From the NCBI RefSeq assembly GCF_001194135.2, contig NC_068981.1, positions 55,237,632-55,301,631 of the forward strand: a stretch of 64,000 nt of DNA, read 5' to 3'. The notes under the pieces were generated by a model. The model saw only the letters and a program-made list of their open reading frames with translations, made no database searches and was not told where the DNA came from. The position numbers and the translations under genes were made by a program. Below, piece after piece: positions 11,061 through 25,035 of the stretch. Source of the DNA: Octopus bimaculoides (Eukaryota). Numbering within the stretch: the stretch's first letter is position 1; every line of letters starts with the position of its first letter.

Positions 11061-14000
11061 TTTTTATTGACCACAAGGGCTCACATACAAAACATTAAAA
11101 GTCATGCAACAACATAAAGGACAAAAACAGGACGATACAATGGGTTTTAGCGCATGTACACAATATAATAACAATAAAAATTAAACAAATTAAAACTCCC
11201 AATAGGGGAGGCCCTTTAAGGTCCACGTGGAAAAACTCACAAAACCCACGGGTTCCTGAACAACAGGGCAAAAGCCCTTCTTTTTTTACTGGTGCATGCT
11301 CAGAATTGGTCCTTTCACACTGGCCATTCTTCCAACATTCACCCACCTTTCATCAAACTTGCTACAGGGCAATGCTTCCTTCTCCACCCTCAACTTCCTT
11401 TTCAAGTGAAACTTGGAAAAGTTGATGAGGGCTTGGCCAAAGAGGAAAGTGTCTGTCTTTAGCTCTTTCAAACGAGTCCACCATACTACCTCTTTCGCTA
11501 CAGCTACTAGACAAATAAAAATTGTCTTCTTCTCCCGGCCAAAAAAGGGCGACGAGCAATCTTCACAATGGATTCAGCTGATAGCCGGATCCGTCCCACA
11601 CGCGATAGCAGGTGTTCGACATAAACTCAAAGGTCAGTAATACTCGGGCACTGGACTAGAGCGTGAAGAACGGCTTTATCGTTCTGGGTGCACCTCGGGC
11701 AAGCACGGCTGATGGCACTTCATACCTGTAAAGTTTATCCCGAACAGGCTGCACTCCTCGATAGCACTGCCAGGCAAGGGATTTCTGGATGTTATCTATA
11801 GGCCCAGGCCCGAAAGTTCTCCGAAACAGACCGGTTAGCTGATCTTCATCAACGCCCAGAGTTTCCCCGAGAACGTCGTCGCACTTTCCTTCCACTAGTC
11901 CTCTATAGAACGCTAGATTAGAACTACCACCGACTGCATTGCCCGCCTGGCGGGGGCCTGTGAGCGCTTGACAGCACCCGAGGAGCTAATCCAGGATTGC
12001 AGCTCAGTCAAGGAGACGAGCTATAGAAAAGTGTCTCTTACAAACGGTGACCACACCTATTCACTGTCAAGGAAACGCTGGAGATGCCGCCACCTCAGCG
12101 CATGTCTGCGCATCAATAACCACGGTATGCCCAGCCTTCCATTCAGCGGCTGTTGACAGCAGATGGCGCGCCTGACCAGTGGAACGCGCCTCTTACGTTG
12201 AAAGCAGAAGAGTAAACGCACCAACTTGGTCAACCAGCAAACGGGGCAAAGGACGACAGTCAAGTGGTAATAAATAACGGATGCGATGTACGCATTCGCC
12301 ACCTCCGCTCGACCTTTCAGGGACAGCTTCCTATCGGCCCATTTATGGGTGAGATTGGCTACCCTGCTCGTCACCTCGTCCCATTTTTTCTCCACCTGGA
12401 AGTCTCGACGAAACCAGACTCCGAGCAACTTAAGGGGACCGTCTGTCCAGCGCCCCACCATGCTATTGGACGGCATAGACTTGCCTCTCCAGGTGCCGAG
12501 TTGTAAGTCCACTGACTTTTCTGCATTAATTTTTGCTCCTGAGACCGCTTCATATTCCTGTAGTGTTTCGCCAATCAGGTCTGTATGCCTGTGACTCGAC
12601 ACTTTGATGGTGACATCATCAGCGTAAGCAGACACACTTCTCCCACATTCTAGATCACGCGGGACACCCCTCAAAGCCTCCAGCTTCCGCAATAATGGCT
12701 CAAAAGTCAGTACATAGAGAAGGGAGGAGAGAGAATACCCTTGATAGACCGAACGCAAGATGCTGAATGGCTCTGACAGGTGACCATTCACCCGAACAAC
12801 CGAGCAGGTGCCGCTGTACAAAGCAGCGATCCAACCGCAGAAAAATGGACGGAAACCGGCTGCCCTAAGGGCAGTTGCCAAGTATTGATAGTCGACCCTA
12901 TCAAAGGCTTTAGGTTGGTCTAAATTGGTCAGGGTCCCACCCATGCCAGCTTCGTTACCCACCCTCCCTATAATATAGCGTATAAGATGGAGTTTGTCGT
13001 GAATATTCCTGGTTGGGATGGCGCATGTTTGCGCCTCGCCAACCAGCTTGTCTAGGATAAGCGTCAACCTCTTGGCTAACACTTTGGGTCCTTTCTCAGC
13101 AGTGCTACCATCCCTCGACAGACAAAAGTAGGAATTCTCCCATTTTGCTGCCAGTTGCGGTAGACGTTTGCTAAGAGGCCCGCAAACAAGTCTGGCATTG
13201 AAGTATGAGGTTCGTAGGGCAGACGATCCAAACCTGGCGATTTACCTCTCGTGCAACTCTTCATCGCTTCCTGTATCTCCGCGGCTTTTATCGGCCTTTC
13301 GCAGCACTCCGTCTCGCTCGCCGATAGTCGTGACAGACCGTCCAGGTAGACACCGAAGTCTACCCTGTTATCNNNNNNNNNNTCTCTGTAAGCTTGACAC
13401 GCCGGTAACGAAGTGTTCAGCTTCCAGTAACCGGGACCCTGTCAATGAAGCCTATCTAAGTCGACCGTGCAGATCACAAATTTGTGGTCTGTGTAGCCGA
13501 CTATGTGAAATTGTGGACACCCAATGCTATCCTTATCCGCTGGCCTACAAAATATCCTATCTAAATACGATCTAGATGACCCGATGCGTTTGTTCAAGTC
13601 CACATTGGCACATTCGGGTAATCTAGTCGGTACCTGTCACACAATTGAAAAGGTGTGAGCAGATTTTTGAGGCTTTTGCACCCCACTCTCCTATCCGATA
13701 CTCCCACGCAATCGAAACGTCCATCTAAGCGTTCAAATCCCCTGCTAATATTAAAGTCCGAGACGTTCCCAGGAAAACCTCCAGACGCTTGAAGTAATCA
13801 GACCGCCCTGCCCGAGTATTGGCAGCTACCAGTCTGAAAGCACCACCGTCCCTGCTGTTCACATCTAGAACCACCAACTTACTTCTGGATCCAAGAAAAC
13901 TGCCTTTATTTTCAAATCCAGACCCTTCCGGAAAAGCACCACTCTACCACCACCGACACAGAGATAGGTAGATCTCGTATCCACCGAAAAAGGTAATGAA

Positions 14001-16220
14001 GTCCCGTGGGTTAGATAGTCTGGATTCACTAATGGCTGCAACATCTACACTAAAGGACCTCAGATAATTTAAAAGGTGAGTTTGTTTCCAAANNNNNNNN
14101 NNNNNNNNNNNNNNNNNNNNNNNNNNNNNNNNNNNNNNNNNNNNNNNNNNNNNNNNNNNNNNNNNNNNNNNNNNNNNNNNNNNNNNNNNNNNNNNNNNNN
14201 NNNNNNNNNNNNNNNNNNNNNNNNNNNNNNNNNNNNNNNNNNNNNNNNNNNNNNNNNNNNNNNNNNNNNNNNNNNNNNNNNNNNNNNNNNNNNNNNNNNN
14301 NNNNNNNNNNNNNNNNNNNNNNNNNNNNNNNNNNNNNNNNNNNNNNNNNNNNNNNNNNNNNNNNNNNNNNNNNNNNNNNNNNNNNNNNNNNNNNNNNNNN
14401 NNNNNNNNNNNNNNNNNNNNNNNNNNNNNNNNNNNNNNNNNNNNNNNNNNNNNNNNNNNNNNNNNNNNNNNNNNNNNNNNNNNNNNNNNNNNNNNNNNNN
14501 NNNNNNNNNNNNNNNNNNNNNNNNNNNNNNNNNNNNNNNNNNNNNNNNNNNNNNNNNNNNNNNNNNNNNNNNNNNNNNNNNNNNNNNNNNNNNNNNNNNN
14601 NNNNNNNNNNNNNNNNNNNNNNNNNNNNNNNNNNNNNNNNNNNNNNNNNNNNNNNNNNNNNNNNNNNNNNNNNNNNNNNNNNNNNNNNNNNNNNNNNNNN
14701 NNNNNNNNNNNNNNNNNNNNNNNNNNNNNNNNNNNNNNNNNNNNNNNNNNNNNNNNNNNNNNNNNNNNNNNNNNNNNNNNNNNNNNNNNNNNNNNNNNNN
14801 NNNNNNNNNNNNNNNNNNNNNNNNNNNNNNNNNNNNNNNNNNNNNNNNNNNNNNNNNNNNNNNNNACTGTTTGCCACTCCTCCTTCTCGACCTCAATACT
14901 CGAACATTGCGAGTTGTTTTGGTCGGGAAGGGGATATTCTCTGGCTGTTCTTTTGCTGGGGTTCCTATGTTGCTGGTGTTGGTGGACGGCTGGAGTCGGC
15001 GTCGCTATCGCTGGTAGTGATAGGGTCAGTTTCTGCTGCTGCACTGGCGGCGCCCCTGCTTCTGCTATCGCCTGCAGCTTTCGTCGCACCCTTTTCTATT
15101 TGGGGCAGTCGACCATAAGGTGTTGGTCGCTTCCACAAAAGTAGCACCTCGGTCGTGCCCTCCACGGCTACGTGTAGTCTCGTGCCGTCTGTTAAATTAA
15201 TGGCGTCAGGGATAGAATTTAGGGCCTCTTGTTCAATTTGAAGAAGCTCTAATCCCTGACTCGTCCAACTCTATTGGTGCAATTTATGCACCTTTAGTAT
15301 TCTGGCGCTATCCTCTATATCAAAGAGAACAGCCGCCACTAGCCAGCATATACTCATTTCGCGGGGGCACCTCTCCAATCTTAATTTTGGTGCGCCGACC
15401 TAGTTATGTCGGCACGAGCAGGAATTCCTCAGTTTTTAGAGGCACTGTGGAATGTTGTCTTGCTTCTACCGTTGCGAAGCGTACTTCCACAGCGCTGAAT
15501 TGTCTTCCTTGCATCACATAGGTCTTCCTGTTCCATATTGGTTTTAATGCTATTTCTATTTGCTGTCGAGTTGCTCATTCAACTCTCTATTTTTTAATAT
15601 TCAATGTTCTATAGATTGCTGTTTCTTTTTTTGCGTTTCTTCTATTAGTTGTTGTGGAGTGTTAAAGAAAATATTATTTTCTTCCTTCCTCAACAGTCCC
15701 TTTGCATTTTTTATATCGTCAATAGTTAAATGAATCAACTCTCTCGTTTGTTTCGCCACGGAGGCGAAACTGTTGCCGCTTGGTTTGTCATTATTCTCGT
15801 TTGACTCTTTCTTTTTGTTTCTGTTTACTGTGTTCATGTCGGTGGTGACGTTGGCTATGTTTTCTTCACTTACTTTTTCATCTTCCATGTTAGTGCTGGT
15901 GTTGTTACTGATGTTCGTACTTGTGCTGTTGTACTGGCCGTCAAAACAGCCACTGTCACTCCCCTCGACAGAGGAAGCCATCTTGATTTTTCGTTAGACG
16001 AAAAACATATTTCTTTANNNNNNNNNNNNNNNNNNNNNNNNNNNNNNNNNNNNNNNNNNNNNNNNNNNNNNNNNNNNNNNNNNNNNNNNNNNNNAACCTT
16101 CAACAAAAGAACCCTTTCAGCGCACCAAAAGGGGTTCAGAAAACAAAAAACAAACAAATCAGTCAGTAAACTTGAAAAAATCCAACCTCACGGAGCTCTG
16201 AAAACACGTCTTAACTCACT
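11061..16220 (-). mobile_element. Apparently full-length degenerate Tx1-like (L1 clade) LINE
   Basis: ORF1 from ATG 15981, with gag knuckle CYFCGSDQHLMVDC at 15105-15146. APE endonuclease (HLLNYLRSFSVDVAAISE...TDHK...GYWKL). RT ORF 12057..13082 with KAFDRVD, QG and YADD. C-terminal CPRCTQNDKAVLHALVQC at 11648-11701. AATAAAAA at the 3' end. Multiple stops and frameshifts. Confidence 0.9.
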
Positions 16221-16244
16221 AACAACAACAATAGTAATAATGAT

Positions 16245-16520
16245 AATTTAACATCCGTTTTCCATGCTGGTGTGGATTAGACGACTTGACAGGAACAGGC
16301 AAGGCCAGGATCCGTACAAATTTCCATAGTCTGTTTTGGTTAGGTTGCTACAGCTGGATGCCCTTCCTACTGCCGACCACTTTACAAAGTGTACAAGGTA
16401 CTTTTTACGCGGCACCGACACCCACACCAGTACTTTTTATGCGGCACCTTGGTTTTACGATCTCATTTCTGTTGTGGTGGGCGGGGCGGGTCTTCTTGAG
16501 TACAGCAATGCACCACTAAT
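16245..16520 (-). mobile_element. RTE 3'-tail copy (truncated LINE or RTE-dependent SINE)
   Basis: Family motifs tttaacatccgttttccatgctgg and ctacagctggatgcccttcct. Confidence 0.7.
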
Positions 16521-16769
16521 ATTATATTTATAACAAAAATATTTCCTTCCATGTGCTAATCATAACACCCAGTGAAACGTTCAATTTGCTGTTACTTGAG
16601 GCCAACAATTAATCCCCAGTACTTGATTGGTGCTTTATATGGAAAGGCATAAATGTCATAATTTGTTTTCCTTCACCCTATACTATCTGTATCTTGCTAA
16701 AAGAAAACCTTATATTAAATTTTTGACAGACTGGGAAAAAAAAGTTAATCTATGAAAAAACATTGTTTC

Positions 16770-17130
16770 TCTTTTCCGTGGACAATATCACTAAATGAGA
16801 ACTGTCAATTCCACAGACATGTTCTACCCGCTGATCTACAGGCATGCTGCCTCTTCTCTTTGTTTTCTATTGCTACTACAATGGCCTCTGTTCCTCAGAG
16901 TTCGTTGGTCTTTCACCTCCTCTATTTTCGGCACCCAACCCACTCATCTCTCCATCCCATGTCATCCTTCTACCCCCAAACTAACCATTATGTCCCGTCC
17001 TTCCTCCCCAGAACAGTGATCCCCTGGAATCTTTTCCTAGCTGTCTTTTCGTCATGTGTTGACCTATAGCAGTTTAAATAGCGCATTAACAACCTTAAGT
17101 TCACCAGTCTCAGAGAGCTTGCCATGGTCA
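16770..17130 (+). mobile_element. CR1-clade LINE 3' end remnant
   Basis: YCYYNGLCSSE and QTNHYVPSFLPRTVIPWN resemble the CR1 ORF2 C-terminus (YRYYNG.CS.EL; SF.PRT..LWN). Confidence 0.65.
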
Positions 17131-17294
17131 TGGATAAGCCCTCTTCCTTCAGACTCATTAAAGGAAAACCCTGATAGACTAGGGTCACCAATCCTTTCCT
17201 ATTTGTAAAGAACCTCTAGCTTGATCTATGTACCATCTTAACTGAAATGGGATTTATAAAAAAATAAAACTGTAAACAAGTAGTGTTTTAAAAA

Positions 17295-20108
17295 TGTTCA
17301 TTTATTACAAACATTGCTTTATTACTTGACTAAGTGATTGGGAAACCAACCAGGTGTCTGAATCAAGAAGAGAGTAGCACGATGAAGTGGGGGAGAGAAG
17401 TAAGTAGTCAAAGAGAGACTTATCAGACAAAAGACAAAGAGGGCAAAAAAAAAAAAAGAAAATGAAAAAAAAAACCGATTCCTAAAGAAAAAAAAAAACG
17501 ATGAAATAGTTGTCAAAAAAGGATTTATTAAGCAAAATGTTCAATGAAAACTGCCACCAGCTCTTGGCTGATGAATAAAGATTGACGTTAGATGAGATCA
17601 TAGCCAGGTCATTAGCTATAAATGTTTACAAAGACCATCTTGAGTCCAGAGAAAATAATCTTGCCAGCAAGGAGTTTTGCTTCAGCTCCCTGATTTCCAC
17701 TGCCCTTCACACCTGTCCTCTATAAAGTTTTATCCAACAGAATATAAAGATAAAGATAGAGGTAGTAAAGAATGTGTCAAATTTTTCGCCGGTTATAAAA
17801 TAACAAATAGAAGTAAACAAAAACAATGATGTTTTTGTTCCTGCAAGTGTAAAAAAACAACAAAAAAAAAAAAACAATCACTCCCTCTATTGGCAGAAGT
17901 ATTAAAGGAAAGGTTGAAAGAAGAGAGATATGTGGCCTACATACATACACATACATACATATATACATACACACATGTTTATATGACATACACACACACA
18001 CACACACATGTATGTGTATATATACACACACAGACATGTATATATGTGTATACATATATGATATAAATATTACGTGTGTGTGTATGTGTGTGTGTGTGTG
18101 TGCGCGCGCGAGTGTGTCTTTGTAATCACACACAAACGATGAATTTGGAAGCATCTCAAAATACAGTTAAAATTGTCTAGTCTACAAAATATCAATTGAA
18201 TAACAGTAACTCCATTCTAGTTGGCATGGCATTTCTGTAAATTCTATTGGTAGCTTAATGTCTTAGATTGATAATCACAACTAGAGGCCATGTTCTTTTT
18301 TCCCCACTCTATCCACAAATCAGAAATATAACAATTCAACAAGAACAATTATGAAACACAACATATGACTTAGATGCATTGGTAAGTTTGGTTCTAAAAT
18401 GAAATAAAAGTTAAGAAAACTTACCATTTTCTAACTACTAATTTACCAGTTGATTAAATAAGATTATTTTAAGTGATAACTTCCACAGAGATCTTTTAAG
18501 AATGCAATATACATAATAAAAAGAAAAAAGAGGAATGTCTAAATATGCTGGAGTACCAAAACAGCAGTGATTCACAAAGTTATCTATGGCTAAAGACATA
18601 GCTGACTACACAACTGAGATAAGCTTCCTATAAAAACCTTATTTACATCGAATTTGTTTCTGCCAATACAACCATCTCCACACACAAACAAGGTTTAAAA
18701 ATGAACAACTGATTAAGAATAGTTTTATAGTGAAACATATAATGACCGTAGAAGTAACCATACTATTTCTTCAGAAGACTTATGACAACAACATGAAAAT
18801 TTAAACCTTCTGCAACATTTTGTTATGAAATCTTTAGAGAGACCACAAATTGAAGTAACATCACATTCTCTCTCAAAGACAAAACTTAAAAGAAATATTG
18901 CCAGAACCACAAAACAATTTTATTAGTAAAACAAACCAATAATATATTTAGGGAGGTTTACTAAAAATGCATGTTATAATCAAACTTCCAAATTGTTAAA
19001 CAATCTCTATAATGTCCAGAACTTTCTGATCATTCCATAGACAATAATTTTACAACTTGAATGCCACAAGAGATAGACTAACAAGAAATATTTCATCTAA
19101 AATGTGTAGATTGCTGGAAAGCGATATCCCTTTAAAATAATCCAGTACAGAAAAACTAAAACTATTTCTCAATGATGCAAGTACCATTGTTTGAATGAAG
19201 AAAAAATATATATAAAAAAACAACTTTGGAATGTAAATAAAATAGAAGTTGGAAAAGAAACACTATTATACCTGAATGTCTGTTAAATGCAGAATGTGAT
19301 TTCTTTCTACAAAAAAGTTTGACACAACTGCAACAAACAGGTAAGTGAATTCCAGAAGGAACCAAAAGCAATAATGGATATTGTCTATAAGGCACCAACT
19401 ATTTACTGAAAACTTATACAAACAGCCATTTTGTAACAAGAACATACCATCTGCATGAGCACACTCTAATACTAAAAAAGAAAACTAAACAAGCCTAATC
19501 AAATGAAAAAAATTTGTATAATGAAATGCAAACACAGACAGCAGTAAATCGTTGAACAGCACCAAATAATTGTAGACTCAAAACAAACTGCATAGAGGAA
19601 CTTAAACAACAAGGTATGGAATAAATACCTTTACAAATGGTCCATTGATTACAAATACAACACAGCAATGAAGAAAACTAAAAATGATTTTATGTTTAGA
19701 AAACAGCAACATTGAAATACCATGTATTTTCTTTTTAAAATTTATATATTAAATAAAACTTCAGTTTTCCAGTGCAATGAATGATATATAATTTAGTGCA
19801 TGTAGAAAACACTAAAACTTATCTCCAATTGCTTAACCCTTACTGCAACAACTCAAAGATTTTTTAAAAAATATAAATAAGTAATTAAAGAAGTAAAAGA
19901 CAAAACTTAATTAAAATGAAATCAATTTTATAGAATGTAGTGTTATTAGTTTACAAAGAACCAAATGCATGGAATTACACATTCTTAGACACAAATACTT
20001 ATTTTGTTACACTCAGCAAAGAAAGCTTCTAATTTCTAAATTATGAGAACCATCCAACTCATATTGATATCAAAATTCAGATGATTTTATATAAAAGTAT
20101 GGATGAGG

Positions 20109-20142
<34 letters not shown>

Positions 20143-23100
20143 TATTAATGATCATTACACATATCCACAATACATCTATAGAATTAAATGATTGAAGATG
20201 TTTAAATTTTATTTTTTTTCATGGTGTTCAATGAACATTGTTTAACACAATGAAAAACTCATTACTTAACCTCATATTCATAAATGCAAGCTTTAAAAAT
20301 TTTGATTTTGGCCCCCAAAAATATATATATAAAAAAAAGGGGGGAGGGTAAATAGAAAAGCGATTTGTGTTATGAAAAGAAACGAAATAAACTTTCTCTT
20401 ATTGGAATACATATTAAAAAAAATTCAATTCAACGTTACTTATCTTTTTGAACAAGTTAATCTGCAAGAATAGGATCAAAACAGTGTCAGTGATAATAGC
20501 CATGGTTTTAGTGAAATAATTGAAAACCTAATCTTTTGATAAAGAGACAGAAAGTGGAAGAATCCAGTTTACAAATATAAGCTACTTACTAAGTAACACA
20601 AAGAATAGTCCATACTTTACACTGATTAAATGATCATGCTCCAAAAAACACTTTAACATCGATTGGTTGAGCAGACATAATTCTGATGAAATAACATTTT
20701 TAATGAATATAATGTTATAACTTGTGGAGAATGGACAAAGCTGAATGGATCAAATTCTGAAGAAATAATATAAAATCCTGTTGTAGACATTACATTATGC
20801 TCTTGAAATTATAATCTATGCAAATGTCTGGATTTACAAAATCATTCATGACATTCTAAAATGAAAAACTAAAATGTGATTACATTATGAAAATACCTTA
20901 AAGCAATTTTTTTACAGAAATGCTTAGACAAGATTTCTATTGTGCTTATACCTCCAGCAAAAGCACATGCTGGAATATTCAGTAGAGCCACAGTTCAGGC
21001 CTAGATTACAGAAAGTAATAATGTCTACCTTTTTTTAAAGAAAACAATGGAGTTTTTAGAGCGAGAAAAATTAGAGAAAGAATTAAATGAAAAATGCAGA
21101 GAACCAGAAAGGTTGGAGATTCAGATAGGACAGCAGTAGAATAATCAGAGAGAAATGGATAGTTAGAAAGGAACAGATTAAGAATTAATGGAAAATAGAT
21201 AAAGAGTGAAGGTGAATATCATGTAAAAATGCACGAAAATACCCGTGAAAAGCTTCATGACCAGTTAATGGCTGAGGTAACTGACACCATTATATCTAAC
21301 CTTGGAGATTAGAGATCGCTGCTGGGTTTACAGAGGACATAGGCAGTAGAAAGAAATGATCAAGTTATGTGTATATAGGCAGATTGTGAGGAGATAAAGT
21401 AAATAATGACTAAGACAAACTACAGAAGTAGAAGCACAGAAGAATTATGCCGAAAGAGTGACAAATCTGATGCCAAAAAGGAAGGAAAGGGGTGGGAGTC
21501 TAGCCCCTGCTTTCAAATAAAATGAGGTGATTAAATGAGCTGCATCAGAAAATATTTTCGAACTTTGATGAACAGACAGATAGATACTGGCAAAAACCAA
21601 ATAATATTTTTTATGAAACCAAGAGGGAATTTTAAAAAAAAAAAAGATCAAGAATTTTAAAAAATTAATTTATATCATATCAAGAAAATAAAAGATTTTT
21701 CAAACTAATTTTATTCTCTCTTTTGGTTTCTTTTCATTAATATATGACAATAAAAAATAATTTAAAATATGTCCCCAAAAATGCCAATTTATCAGTAAAT
21801 ATTGTATATGAATCTCTAGGTAAAATGATGGTCAGTTTCCACTATGACAATGCTATGGTTGAGGGGAAAAGCTCAGTCTTCTCTATGGTACCCTTAAGAA
21901 CAGTTGTGATGAACATTCAAGCCAGTGATTCACATTTAATTCCACTACTGCAAAGAGTTTCAAATTGTTCAATCCTTTCAAAATGATATCAACCACCCAC
22001 ACACAAACAACATCCACCCATTGATCAGAAACCTCAACATGCTTCTTTGGTCTGATTAGGAAACATACTAAGTGCTTTGTACAAAAACAAATGCAATGAA
22101 ATACAAAAGTACTTCCTACGTACGTGTTGCAAGAAAATGTTAGCAGCAACCAGAAATAAAATCCATTGTAAAGTCAAATTTAACAATATGATGCTTGATA
22201 ACAACAAATTCTTAACAAGCATCAAAATCCTTTGCTTTCTCCAAACAAAGTCTTAAAATATAATATATTGTCCATGATGTTATACAGCACCCAGTTCCCA
22301 TCCCACTTATAATCACCAAGAACTTTGTCTTTAGAGAAGGCATTTTAAAACTAAATGCACAATATAAATTTCCATTACAAAATACACACACTTACACACA
22401 CCTAAATATACACACGTGTGCGTGTATATATTTATGTGTAATAATATATATATTAATATATATTTATATACATATACCCATATATGTATAGAAATATACA
22501 ATACACACACATATATATATACATATACCATCATCATATATACAAACATGCATAAATTCAGACACACATACAAACACACATTAATACATACAGATTCATA
22601 CACAAACATGTATACACACTATGCATACACACACACACACAATTATAACCACAGTATGGCCTTAGACATGATGGCTAAAAGAAACTAAGGAACTCTAGAG
22701 TATATATGTACGTGTGTGTATGTTTATAAAGGTAAAATGTATGTGTATGCAAGTGAAAAACTAAAAGAAAAATAGCAGATAAGATGAGCAGATGTCAAGA
22801 AGCAGAAAACGTTTGGGCCATTTATGTAAGACCAACAGGATAAACATTTAACCGAGCACTCATTGATGAGATGGCGATGAACAATTGATATAATGGACTA
22901 CATGGAAAAATATTTACAATATTTCTCAAATATTTATAAAACAATATTCACTGCGACTTCTGTTAACTCTCATAACTATTCAGACAGCAGACAGCATCTG
23001 TGCTATTTGAAAAGAATAGGTGAGAGAGAGAAAAAAATAAAAAAGGAATGAAACTTTAGAAAGAAAAAAAAAAGGAGGAGGGGGGGGAAAGAAATGGTGA

Positions 23101-23274
23101 GAAGAGAGTGACAACAGAAGGTGGCTAGTTATAAATTAAGACCTTACATATAGCAGCCATGTGGATGGTCAGTAAAGATAGCTCCCAAAATTGCAATATT
23201 AAAATAAACAGCCCTTTGGCCATATAAGCCAGTTTATTATTATAGGGAAGCTATATTATTAGTCCGATATCTTG
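17295..23274 (-). other. Probable long 3' UTR of the BRPF gene (distal end uncertain)
   Basis: U-rich on the minus strand with no coding signal. Tandem AATAAA on minus at 17318-17323 and 17301-17306, followed by a U-rich tract. Several more proximal AATAAA also exist. Confidence 0.4.
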
Positions 23275-23467
23275 TTAGTCTTCAGTACTGGAATCCCCAG
23301 ACAACGGATTAGGATCACCAGTCACACTACAACGATGAAGAATTGCTTTTTCATATGCTTTTCTAACAGCTTTGCGAACATTTGGCTTCCTATTTTCCGT
23401 TAGTTTGGCCTTGTCCAAACCTGAGTCAACACCAAGAGGTTCAAGCTTATTTCTTGGTAACCATTGC
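23275..23467 (-). CDS. BRPF1: BRPF terminal coding exon (PWWP C-terminus and stop)
   Basis: tttttaatag acceptor; split TG|G Trp codon; QWLPRNKLEPLGVDSGLDKAKLTENRKPNVRKAVRKAYEKAILHRCSVTGDPNPLSGDSSTED*; TAA at 23275-23277. The eight exons sum to 1881 nt = 627 codons. Confidence 0.95.
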
Positions 23468-24271
23468 CTATTAAAAAGATAAGAAAAGAAATATATAAAT
23501 ATAAAATGAAATTAATTCAAAATGCTTTCTCATGAAAATATTCCTAAACTTAAAGCAATTTTTTTATTTTTTTAATTGCCAAACAAATATGTCAAATTAA
23601 TGTCAAATTAAAGAAATTATTTAATTTGAATATGAAATTAAAACAAATAAATGAAAAAGTTCTTAAGCAATTTGTATCAGAGTTAAAACAGACTGATTAA
23701 AAAATTGAGAGCATTTTACAAACATGTCTACCAAAATCAGAGTTTGGTTATTAATAAAAATTTTAAGCATTTGTGTTTGCACTTTTTAAAGTGCTAACAC
23801 AATGCTTCAGGACTATTAAAAAAAGAACCTCCAAAATTTCAAATCTCCAATGTTGAAATCACACAATGAAAACCAAAAATAATTTCTGACATTGGCACAA
23901 AGCTACAAATTAGTAGGAAATTGGATTAACCACAGTATATGCCTAACTTGCTGACATAGTCAACCTTACTAGGTTTTGAACTCTGACAGATGAAACTATA
24001 AATTATATAAAGCATCGCATGTTCTATTATTTCTTCTGAAAAATGCCAATCTTACTCCATTACTTCAGATTTAAGCAGTATTTCCATTTAAATTTTTAAG
24101 TTAATTTTTGTTTATGAAAGACATCAAATTCTTCAAGTAACATCACTTTACACTTTAGTAAACTAATCTCCTACACCTAAGTAGTAGCAAAAGCTAGATT
24201 TATTCAACCTTTAATAGAAGTCCCCCCCAAAAAATTGTCCAGTATTTGGAGAAAAAAAAAATTTTACACAC

Positions 24272-24414
24272 CAAGTTCTTTTAGTATCAAAGAACAACAC
24301 TAAGTAAACTGGTTCATCATATTTCTTTTGTAAAGCCAAAACTTCATCTGGAGGTACTGGAATTGGAACTCCATTGTGAAAATAACCAGTCTTTGGCATT
24401 TTGGGATTAATTAT
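24272..24414 (-). CDS. BRPF1: BRPF PWWP domain exon 2
   Basis: tgtgtcacag acceptor and TG|GTGTGT donor. [48 protein letters not shown] matches the BRPF PWWP ([10 protein letters not shown]...LVLFFD.KRTW). Confidence 0.95.
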
Positions 24415-24556
24415 CTGTGACACAAAAAAAAGAAAAAAGACATTATAAAGAAATTGATTTTATCACAGGCAATTAGAAATTGACTTTAATTACAAAATGT
24501 CAGGAATGAAAAAGTTACAAAGAAAACTGGAGTCAAAGCAATGAAAAATGAAACTA

Positions 24557-24736
<180 letters not shown>

Positions 24737-25035
24737 TCATGACAAGATCACATAAAGAATAACATGATTTTAATGTAAAGAGAGAAACCAAACAAAAAGA
24801 TTTTATTAAAAGAGACACTGAAGAGAATGGGAAGATAAGTAAAATATGGTGTTTTAAATATTAAAAAAAAAATTAAGCAAGAGTTCAAAACACTATGTAG
24901 CAAAATATCAAAATAATTAAAGTGTTTTAGATACACTGTAATAATATCCAGTTCAAGAAATAGGACTCACAAAACATTAACTTGAGAATCCCATCAAAGG
25001 ACTGTAGTTGAGAAAATGTGTAAAAAGAAAATGAT

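Noticed and set aside
11040-16260. U2 snRNA, SL RNA or rDNA target site for the Tx1/R4 elements
   Set aside because: No such sequence was recognised at either flank; only microsatellite is visible.
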